DNA of 64,000 bases from Pseudomonadota bacterium (GTDB taxonomy: Bacteria; UBA10199; 2-02-FULL-44-16; DYJF01), in contig JBDRBB010000010.1 of the NCBI GenBank assembly GCA_043823065.1, positions 32,001 through 96,000 on the forward strand, in the 5' to 3' direction. The translations under genes were made by a program, and so were the position numbers. Positions 47,849 to 56,013 of this stretch are shown piece after piece. Each line of letters opens with the position of its first letter. Position 1 is the first letter of the stretch. The notes under the pieces were generated by a model. The model was not told the origin of the DNA. It worked only from the letters and a program-made list of their open reading frames with translations, and ran no database searches.

Positions 47849-50020
47849 TTACTCTGATGACCTGAAATAGCTATCATTTGGGTTATAACCATCTATAAAG
47901 GCTCTATTGGGGGGTTGGGTTTTGGATGACCTACTTGATCGTAGCATTTGCCCGGCCTGTGAATTCCAATAACTATCATGCAGCACATATCCACTGCTAT
48001 CAGGCTGGAGAGAATTTACTCTTGGGCCATAAAATTCAAAGGGATCAAAAAATGCTTCATTAGTTACAGTTGGTTGAGCCTCTCCGTGTCCCATTTGACG
48101 CAAAAAATTGCGGGCCACACCTATCACGCTATCAGCAGCACGAGAATCATCTGGTAAATTTCTAAACTCTAATTCCAAAGCACCTGCTGCGCTGCGCCTT
48201 AGATAACCGAAACTTTGCCTAGCTAATGATCTGCCAGCTATAGCTGGATGGGTATTTACCAAAACTGCCATTGCTCTAAGAATTGTCTGATGAGCAGCAA
48301 AAGATTCTCTTAAAGACCCATTAACTAAACCAATAATTTGTTCGCCTCCTATCTCGCGAATTTCAAAGGCCAAGTTAGCACCTTGTTCTTGTATTACTGC
48401 AGCAAATCCAACCTGATCGCCAGATCTTACAAATAATACATCATGAACTCCTCCATCTTGTCTCATATCTATGGTAACCCTCACATATCTGCCTATGCCT
48501 CTAGAATCTGCAGTTAAAACTTCTTGTATCCTTGGCTCAAATGATGGCGCAGAAACTCTCAATCTTCTAGCTGCGGCATTTTCTGGATTAGTTTCTACAA
48601 GAGGAGCTAATAAATCATTTATCGAATCTCTCAGATTTCTAACTGATCCTCGATTAATAACTGAGTGCAAAATAGACATTCTTTGCTTTCGAGAAGCAAG
48701 CGCTGGATGTTCAAGATTTCGACCTATTCTAATTAATACAGTTAATATGGATAGATGTTCATTTAGCAATGTTCTGATATTAATAGGTATTTCAAATCTA
48801 TTTAATACCAACTCTATCCCCATTATTTGAGATTCATCATATACCGCACCAAGCGCTTGTCCTTCTGATGTTGAAAACCAGGCATTCAGCTCACCAGTTA
48901 TTTCAGCTTCTCTTGCCAATAAAATTTGCACATCTTCTGAAGTAGGCTCCATGGGCCTGCCATGACTCCTAGTTGATTCAAGATTGGCAATTATTTGTGC
49001 CACTGTTGGCTGACAATTTCTAGCATTACCACTGCCAGTTCCAGTTGAAGCAATACTTCCATCAGCATTTAATTCCAGACTCATCCTCATTTGATCTAAA
49101 GGTTCTGCATGACGATTTGTGGGGCTTGGAATTAATTTTTGACCAATTGGTGCTTGATTAGGAGGAGCAACTGCTTCAGGAATGGCTGGCATTGAATCTC
49201 TAGAAAACAAACGCAAACCCCTTAAAAAACCAATGGCTCGCCTGGAATCTCTGGTAATACCACCAACAAAAGGCAAACAAATTACACTGGTTGAAATACT
49301 CATTCCAAAATCATGATAATGATTATTTAGCGCTTCAATTTCTTGCTGATTGCTTGGATTAGAAAATAATATGTGTGATCCATGCCAAGCTACACCACCT
49401 AGCCCAGCTACAAGACCAAGTCTGCCTATGGCAATAGCTACCCCAGGCATAAATGCAGCTAACACCATAAAACAAAGCAGGGCTAGCTTGGCGTGAGTAT
49501 CGCTAAAATCAAAACCGCGTAAAATACCTTCCATAAACCTGGCTTCATTAGAAGCTAGATTAGTATCTCTACCTTCAGTTAAGATTTGATAGGCGCGCAA
49601 AATTTCAGCATTGGTAAGTCTTGAATTTAGCTCATCTTCTAAGAGAGCTTCTAATATTGAATCTTTTTGATGACGCACCAAGAGCTCATTTGTGCGTTGT
49701 CCACCTAAAAGAAAGGCTAGTCTTTGCTCGACATCTGGCCGAAAGTTAGAATCCGTGCGAGATCTTTGATAAACTGCTAATAATTGTTCATTAAGAGGAT
49801 CTTCATCTGTGCCATCTTTTTGCGTGGCTTCATAAATTTGGCCAGCTACCCAAAAGATATCTCTTCTTCTTTGTTCTGCTTCTAAAATAGCTTCTCCTCG
49901 CAAAACAGCAGACATATTCATATCTCTAGCGCCTGGGCGCAATCTGCCTTGAGCAGCTAAATCAGCTAAAATATCCCTAGAAACTGGCCTGGTTTTTGAA
50001 ATTTCCCCAATTGAATACAT
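47849..50020 (-). CDS. Large lysine-poor hypothetical protein with hydrophobic hairpin (candidate effector)
   Basis: 723 aa, 7 Lys, hydrophobic segment at about aa 179-215. Confidence 0.75.
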   Translation of the reverse strand: MYSIGEISKTRPVSRDILADLAAQGRLRPGARDMNMSAVLRGEAILEAEQRRRDIFWVAGQIYEATQKDGTDEDPLNEQLLAVYQRSRTDSNFRPDVEQRLAFLLGGQRTNELLVRHQKDSILEALLEDELNSRLTNAEILRAYQILTEGRDTNLASNEARFMEGILRGFDFSDTHAKLALLCFMVLAAFMPGVAIAIGRLGLVAGLGGVAWHGSHILFSNPSNQQEIEALNNHYHDFGMSISTSVICLPFVGGITRDSRRAIGFLRGLRLFSRDSMPAIPEAVAPPNQAPIGQKLIPSPTNRHAEPLDQMRMSLELNADGSIASTGTGSGNARNCQPTVAQIIANLESTRSHGRPMEPTSEDVQILLAREAEITGELNAWFSTSEGQALGAVYDESQIMGIELVLNRFEIPINIRTLLNEHLSILTVLIRIGRNLEHPALASRKQRMSILHSVINRGSVRNLRDSINDLLAPLVETNPENAAARRLRVSAPSFEPRIQEVLTADSRGIGRYVRVTIDMRQDGGVHDVLFVRSGDQVGFAAVIQEQGANLAFEIREIGGEQIIGLVNGSLRESFAAHQTILRAMAVLVNTHPAIAGRSLARQSFGYLRRSAAGALELEFRNLPDDSRAADSVIGVARNFLRQMGHGEAQPTVTNEAFFDPFEFYGPRVNSLQPDSSGYVLHDSYWNSQAGQMLRSSRSSKTQPPNRAFIDGYNPNDSYFRSSE

Positions 50021-50030
50021 AGCCTAATTT

Positions 50031-50057
50031 TTATCGCCTTTTTACCAAAAAAGTTGC
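50031..50057 (-). promoter_or_regulatory. Putative sigma28-like promoter GCAAC-N16-CGATAA
   Basis: Shared motif; ends 10 nt before the ATG. Confidence 0.6.
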
Positions 50058-50133
50058 TTAGAAATTGACAACACAATCAGCCAGGCATATTAATTCCCAA
50101 TTACTATTTTCGCAACCAACCAAAGGAGAAGTT

Positions 50134-50625
50134 ATGAAAAAAATCCTGATGTTAGCAGTAATGTTAGTTGTCGTACCCAGCTTGGCCCAGGCTGCCACTA
50201 CTTGCCATAGCGGCACCTACAAGGGCAAACTCTGGTCAGTTTCACCTGATATTAACAAAAAAGAAGCCACTCTGGTTGTTCAACAAAAAGGCACTGACTG
50301 TGTTGCTAATTTCCAAGCTGAAGGCGCTACTGAAGAATGGACCATTACTGCCAATAATACTTTGGTTCAAAAAGAATATGATACAAATGGAAATGTTGTA
50401 GCCACTTACAAAGCTACCTTAAATGGCGATAAATATTTCATCAATTGCGCAGATAAAACCAAAAATGTTTGCGACGCTGGTATTGATGCTCGCAACTATT
50501 GGGTGTTAAAAACCACGCCAACTACTTTCACCTATACTGTTTATGGTGTTGACTCTGCTAAAAAAGAAGATGCCACAGCCACAGTAAATAAACGCCACGA
50601 ATTTACTTTTAATAAAACAAACTAA
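50134..50625 (+). CDS. Secreted hypothetical beta-rich protein
   Basis: AGGAG SD, signal peptide AQA, four Cys. Confidence 0.75.
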   Translation: MKKILMLAVMLVVVPSLAQAATTCHSGTYKGKLWSVSPDINKKEATLVVQQKGTDCVANFQAEGATEEWTITANNTLVQKEYDTNGNVVATYKATLNGDKYFINCADKTKNVCDAGIDARNYWVLKTTPTTFTYTVYGVDSAKKEDATATVNKRHEFTFNKTN

Positions 50626-50651
50626 AGTTATTTCACTATTGAAGTCAGTAA

Positions 50652-50719
50652 GTCATTCTGAGCGAAGCGAAGAATCCCACGATTTCCTTGGGATACTTCG
50701 CCTTCGGCTCAGCATGACA
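50652..50719. repeat. REP-like palindromic element between convergent genes
   Basis: gtcattctgagcgaagcgaagaatccca...tgggatacttcgccttcggctcagcatgac. Confidence 0.8.
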
Positions 50720-50746
50720 TCTATAATGTTCTAAAACAAAATCAAC

Positions 50747-51883
50747 TTAAGCTGGATTTAAGACTTGTTCAGGTGTGGCAGATTCAGTGCTTTTTTTTTG
50801 CGAATCTGGATTAAGGTGCAACTCTTTGGTCCTCTTCTTTTCCGCAATAGTTAAGAAAAATACCGCAATTAAAATAAAGGCTAAAGAGACCCAATCCTTG
50901 GATGAAGGAAGTTTACCCCCAAAGAAATACCAAAACAACAAAGTTGCCGTAGTTCCAGCAATTAAAGAAGTTAAGCGATTAACCAGACCAGCAAAAGTTG
51001 CTGTTCTTCCTTTAAACATAAAGATAAAAACTGAAAAGAAAGATACTGCGCCAAAAGCAGTTCCAGCCAGCATGGCCCAGAACCAAACTGAGCTTGGCTC
51101 TAAAATTGCTTCCCTAATCTCTGTAACTTGAGTTACATTCCAACCAAATAAAGTTGGTGAAAAGAAAACCAAAATACCAACAATTAAAATTGTGCCAGCA
51201 GCAGCAAATTGTTCAATAGCAAAAAATGCCTTATTATCTCTTTTTACTCCTCTACCAGCTGTATTTTTATAATAGTTCATGATGTAGATCCGAAAACTAT
51301 AGGCAAAAATATAACTAAGCAAAGTAGCCATAGCCACCACAGATCCCAAAAACTGAAAATCACCTTTACCAGCATAAACAACATGAGCGCCAATTGCCAG
51401 CACGGCAAAGATCACCGCAATATTTTCCTCCAGATAAACTTTCTTTTTTAACAAACCCTGCTGAATTTGAATAGCATCGACAATTCTGCTGATAATAATA
51501 ACTGCACCTCGCATGATAATCATGGCTACCATGACTGAGATTGGTAAAGAATACATGATAGTGGTAGTAGGAATAATGATACCTGTGCAAATACCAGAAG
51601 GAATAATATAAAACATCTCAATAGGGATATTGAAACCAGCGACCCTAACTAGGCGCGCCGACTGGATATGATACCATCTTAAAACTAAAGCAATTAAGGA
51701 AACAAAGGGAACGCTACCAAGAGTGCTGTAAACTAAAAACTCAAATCCTTTTAAACCTGGAAAGCCTTGAGACGCACATCCTAAAAAATATTTAACCGTA
51801 AGACCAGTAATTACATAGAAAATAAAATAAGCAAAACAAAGTTGAAGAAGTTTTTTGGTACTTGTTTCATTTGCAAACCCCAT
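50747..51883 (-). CDS. Multi-pass membrane protein (about 10 TM, DMT/EamA-like)
   Basis: Two-fold repeated hydrophobic pattern; coupled to the upstream P-loop genes. Confidence 0.65.
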   Translation of the reverse strand: MGFANETSTKKLLQLCFAYFIFYVITGLTVKYFLGCASQGFPGLKGFEFLVYSTLGSVPFVSLIALVLRWYHIQSARLVRVAGFNIPIEMFYIIPSGICTGIIIPTTTIMYSLPISVMVAMIIMRGAVIIISRIVDAIQIQQGLLKKKVYLEENIAVIFAVLAIGAHVVYAGKGDFQFLGSVVAMATLLSYIFAYSFRIYIMNYYKNTAGRGVKRDNKAFFAIEQFAAAGTILIVGILVFFSPTLFGWNVTQVTEIREAILEPSSVWFWAMLAGTAFGAVSFFSVFIFMFKGRTATFAGLVNRLTSLIAGTTATLLFWYFFGGKLPSSKDWVSLAFILIAVFFLTIAEKKRTKELHLNPDSQKKSTESATPEQVLNPA

Positions 51884-52607
51884 GGTTGTCTCCTTTCAAT
51901 TCCCACAATTTATCAAGGGCCTTTTTATAACGCGGTCCAAGCACTACAGGATCTTTTGATTCAGGTTCATTATTCATGGTCACAAAAGGAACCTGCACTT
52001 GATTTAGCAAAAGAAAACCTTCCCTTTTTCCTTTGGTTAACTCTGGCCAATCATCTTGTTTGTAAAAACGTTGCATGTCTTCATCTGGAGTTTTATGAGC
52101 TAAAACAGAGAATTTTAATTTTTCAATATATCTAGCTTCATTTCTACGCACAGATTCTTCGCCAGAAACTTCAATATAAAGAATGGCTGATTTTTTTAGA
52201 ACCTTTGAGGAAAAAATATTTAAAGCCGGTGCATACGGTTTTTCTCCACCTCGCGAAAATTCAATAAGTAGAGTATGCATGTTATAAAATTGATTGTTAG
52301 CAAGATAGGTTTTTTCTATTTTCTGATTTATTTTTTCCAAAAGAAAATCAAAAAGAATTGCGTCTTTCAAAGCATAAGCATGCCCAGATCGTTTGGAATG
52401 AAATCTTGGTTGGCCCAGCTTTTCCCAGATATTGTCTTCTTCAAATTTTTCCCAAAGCCAGACAAAATCATCCAAAATCTTAAGTTGGTTAATATGAAAT
52501 TCTTGGGAGCGTTTTTCATCAGAGATGGATTTCATAAAATCCAAGAACTCTGATTTACCACAAGCTGGACGACCTAAAACAAATAAATGGTCAAAACTAT
52601 TTATCAC
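51867..52607 (-). CDS. Unknown P-loop NTPase/kinase, paralog 2
   Basis: Walker A GRPACGKS, IEFSRG, RRNEAR lid. Confidence 0.75.
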   Translation of the reverse strand: MINSFDHLFVLGRPACGKSEFLDFMKSISDEKRSQEFHINQLKILDDFVWLWEKFEEDNIWEKLGQPRFHSKRSGHAYALKDAILFDFLLEKINQKIEKTYLANNQFYNMHTLLIEFSRGGEKPYAPALNIFSSKVLKKSAILYIEVSGEESVRRNEARYIEKLKFSVLAHKTPDEDMQRFYKQDDWPELTKGKREGFLLLNQVQVPFVTMNNEPESKDPVVLGPRYKKALDKLWELKGDNHGVCK

Positions 52608-53322
52608 TATAAATCTCCATTAATTTTTGAAATGCTGGGAAATATCTTTCATCAAATTCTTCTGGCTTAATTACTTCTGGCATATTGTTAACTGTCACAA
52701 AAGGAACTTTTACAGAATTGGCGGTTAAATAACCATATTCATTGTTTGCAGAAACTTGGGCCCAATCATCTTCAAGGTAGAACATATCCATTGTTTCACG
52801 GGGAACCATGTGGGCTAGAATAGAGTGTTTAAGTTTTTCTTGATAACGCGCTACATTTTTTCGCCAGGACTCTTCAAAAGTAACAGAAAGATACATGATA
52901 GCAGCTCTCTTTAAAATTTCCGGAGAGAGCTGGTTTAGGGAATATTCATAACCATGGCCTGTTCCTCTGGCAAATTCAATAAACAAAGTGTGATCATTAT
53001 AAAATTCAGGTCGACTTAAATAGCGCTTGGCTGTTTCCAGGTTAAAACGCTCAATCATAAAATCAAACAACCTACCGTCAGTTAATCCATAATCATTTCC
53101 AGTTCTAAAAGAATAAAGACGTTTTTGTCCTAATTTTTCCCAAATATTATCTTCTTCAAATTTTTCCCAGATCCAGACAAAATCATCAATAGCCTCAAAA
53201 TTGCCAATGTGGAAACGTTCTTGACGTTGTTCTTTAGAGGTTTTTTCAAGAAAATCAATAAGTTCGGATTTACCAGAAGCAGGGCGGCCAAGAAGCAAAA
53301 TATGATCAAAAGTTTTAGGCAT
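52597..53322 (-). CDS. Unknown P-loop NTPase/kinase, paralog 1
   Basis: Walker A GRPASGKS, IEFARG, RKNVAR. Confidence 0.75.
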   Translation of the reverse strand: MPKTFDHILLLGRPASGKSELIDFLEKTSKEQRQERFHIGNFEAIDDFVWIWEKFEEDNIWEKLGQKRLYSFRTGNDYGLTDGRLFDFMIERFNLETAKRYLSRPEFYNDHTLFIEFARGTGHGYEYSLNQLSPEILKRAAIMYLSVTFEESWRKNVARYQEKLKHSILAHMVPRETMDMFYLEDDWAQVSANNEYGYLTANSVKVPFVTVNNMPEVIKPEEFDERYFPAFQKLMEIYSDK

Positions 53323-53394
53323 AAAGAGCTCCTTTCTAGGCCCTAGGCATAAAACGTCACTTGCTATCTGTCAAGCAATGCTTAAATTTTAAAA

Positions 53395-54360
53395 TTACTG
53401 TGAAGGTATAGTTTCAATATAGGTGCGATAAAAAGTAACTCCACCTGGAACAACTTCTTCAATGGATTTATTCAAACTTTTGATAACCTGTTGCACAGCA
53501 TCATAGTTAGCATCACTGGTTAAGGCCAAATCTGTTACATTATATAAATCATATAGAGCTTGGCGACCATCAGATGTGCGTGCCAATTGCATTAAGGCAC
53601 CAACCAATTTGGCCTTGATAGTATCTGGCAAATCATGGCGCAGGGCCACTGGTCCATTGGGTATTTCATCAGTTAGCGCAATTACTTTTAGCTTAGTCAT
53701 TATGTCTGGATATTTATTTAACAATTCGGCCCGAGCATCTCTTTCCACTCCTGTTCTAGTTGGTTTAGTGTGATAAACCGCAGCTACATCTGCTTCGCCA
53801 GCATACAATCTTTCAATGGCATCAAGATGTCCTTTGGCAAAAGTTGTATTGCCTGGATTGATATTATTATCTTTAAAAAACTTTAAGGCATATAGATATC
53901 CGCTGGCTGAATATGGATCAGCAAAAACAACTTTTTTGCCATCAAGATTGGCAACAGTTTCTATCCCACTATCTACACGCACTAAAAGTTCGCCACGATA
54001 ATTTTTATAAATATCGCCATAAACTGTGATTAAATGAGCCTGAGTCTTGGCCCAATCTCTGGCTAGTAAAAAACCTAAGGTATTCATAAAGGCAATATCA
54101 GCTTTATCTTGGCCAAACGCTTTAACAATGCTTAAAAAATCCTTGGCATTTACAGCCTCTATTTTAAGCCCGGTAGCCTTTTCCAGAAAATCAACAATTA
54201 CAGCTTCATTTTTCTTTACCACTTCATCTTGCTTTAGCGGCATAAAATAAAAACGCACGGGATTATCTATGCTACCTATTTCGCCCTTTCTTTTTTTACA
54301 GCTAATACCAATTGTGCCCATTAAACAAATTGCTACCAATAAAGTAATGATTTTTTTCAT
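53395..54360 (-). CDS. Phosphate/phosphonate ABC substrate-binding lipoprotein (PhnD-like)
   Basis: Lipobox GISC, ADPYSASGYLY, GH, IPNGP. Confidence 0.82.
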   Translation of the reverse strand: MKKIITLLVAICLMGTIGISCKKRKGEIGSIDNPVRFYFMPLKQDEVVKKNEAVIVDFLEKATGLKIEAVNAKDFLSIVKAFGQDKADIAFMNTLGFLLARDWAKTQAHLITVYGDIYKNYRGELLVRVDSGIETVANLDGKKVVFADPYSASGYLYALKFFKDNNINPGNTTFAKGHLDAIERLYAGEADVAAVYHTKPTRTGVERDARAELLNKYPDIMTKLKVIALTDEIPNGPVALRHDLPDTIKAKLVGALMQLARTSDGRQALYDLYNVTDLALTSDANYDAVQQVIKSLNKSIEEVVPGGVTFYRTYIETIPSQ

Positions 54361-54564
54361 ATTTACCCCCTAAGCCAAACACTGTAGCAACTTTGCTATT
54401 TGTAAGCAACTTTTTCTGAATATTATTCATAAATAATATCTAAAAAAAGGGGGCGATTGATAATCTGAGCTATACCCTTAACTATATTAATGAAATAACA
54501 CCCCTGATGCAGGGTTTTTTCTTGATATATTTTTCATTGCCATTCATGCTTCGACAAGCTCAGT

Positions 54565-55998
54565 ATGAACAAAAATATTTTCAAAAAAATACCAGGTGCT
54601 CCTGATCTTATTTTCAAAGATGATGAACGTATAGAAACTTACCGCGAAGATACCATGATGCGCGGCGATCCAGAGGCTGTGTTGCGTGCCCGCGATGAGC
54701 ACGATGTTAAAGAAGCTCTTATCTTCTGTAATCAAAACAAAATTCCCCTTACTTTCTGCGCCTCGCAAACTTCCATGACCGGCGCTTCAGTAGCCAAACA
54801 AGGTCTGTTGCTGAGCATTGAAAAATTAGAAGGCGTGATGGATATTCATAAATTTCAAAAACGGTATTGTGTAACAGTTAAACCTGGAACTGTTGTGGCT
54901 GATCTACAACAAACTGTGGCTCAGGCTGGTTTTTTTTATCCGATTGCCCCGACTTCACGCGATGAATGTCGAATTGGCGGCAATGTTTCCACCAATGCGA
55001 CTGGCGAAGACTCATTTAAATACGGGGCCTTGCGCAAATATGTCAGAAGGTTGTGCCTTATTTTAGCTAATGGTTCAGAAAAGGTCTTAGAAAGAAATCC
55101 TCAAGAAACATCTATTATAGATGAAAATTTTGGAGGCTATTTGACAAACTGGCAAAATCCTTTGGATCTAATTATTGGGTCAGAGGGAACTTTGGCTTAT
55201 ATTGCTGAAATTACTTTAGAGCTTTTGCCTCCTAGCCCAGATTTTTTCTCTGCCCTAATTCCTTTTAATTTTAATCAAAAAGGTTTGGAATTCCTGCTTT
55301 CTAAAATTCAAAACAAAACCAAACAAATACGCACCTTGGAATTTATCGACCAAGGCGCTTATCAAGCCATGAAAACTGCTGATGGATTTAATGAATTTCC
55401 AGAAGAAGTCCAGGCTTTGGTATATTACAAAACAGAGTATAATGATGATCAAGATAAACAAACAGAGTTGGAAAAATTATATCAAACTGCTTTAGAATTT
55501 TGTCCAAAAACACTTTTAGATAAAATCTTGGTTGCAGACACACCTAAACAAAAAGAACAGTTTCGCCTGTGGCGCCACCGGATTCCAGAATGGGCTAATG
55601 AACAAGGGCATGCGTATTGGCCAAATGGCGGCGGAAAAGTTGGCAGTGATTGGTGGGTGCCCACCAAGCATCTTTTGGAAATGATGAAGTTCTTCTACGA
55701 ACAAGCAAAGGCAAGCAATTTACCTCATATGGCTTATGCCCACTTGGGCAGGGGCCATCCTCATACCAATTTAATTGCCCGCAACGCGCAAGAAAAACAA
55801 AAAGCAGAACAAGTTTTGCTAAATTGCTGCCAAAAAGCAGTTGAGCTTGGCGGTGGAGTTGCTGGCGAACATGGGCTAGGTAAATTACATACTAATTTAT
55901 TACCCATTCAATATTCCAAAAACATAATTGAAAAAATGCGAGCCTGGAAAAAAGAATATGATCCTAATTGGATCCTTGGAATAGGCAATATATTTTAG
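54565..55998 (+). CDS. FAD-linked oxidoreductase (GlcD/D-lactate dehydrogenase family)
   Basis: IGGNVSTNA.G, IGSEGTL, H.G.GHPH.N, GEHGLG. Confidence 0.9.
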   Translation: MNKNIFKKIPGAPDLIFKDDERIETYREDTMMRGDPEAVLRARDEHDVKEALIFCNQNKIPLTFCASQTSMTGASVAKQGLLLSIEKLEGVMDIHKFQKRYCVTVKPGTVVADLQQTVAQAGFFYPIAPTSRDECRIGGNVSTNATGEDSFKYGALRKYVRRLCLILANGSEKVLERNPQETSIIDENFGGYLTNWQNPLDLIIGSEGTLAYIAEITLELLPPSPDFFSALIPFNFNQKGLEFLLSKIQNKTKQIRTLEFIDQGAYQAMKTADGFNEFPEEVQALVYYKTEYNDDQDKQTELEKLYQTALEFCPKTLLDKILVADTPKQKEQFRLWRHRIPEWANEQGHAYWPNGGGKVGSDWWVPTKHLLEMMKFFYEQAKASNLPHMAYAHLGRGHPHTNLIARNAQEKQKAEQVLLNCCQKAVELGGGVAGEHGLGKLHTNLLPIQYSKNIIEKMRAWKKEYDPNWILGIGNIF

Positions 55999-56013
55999 TA
56001 TGATAGGCAAACT

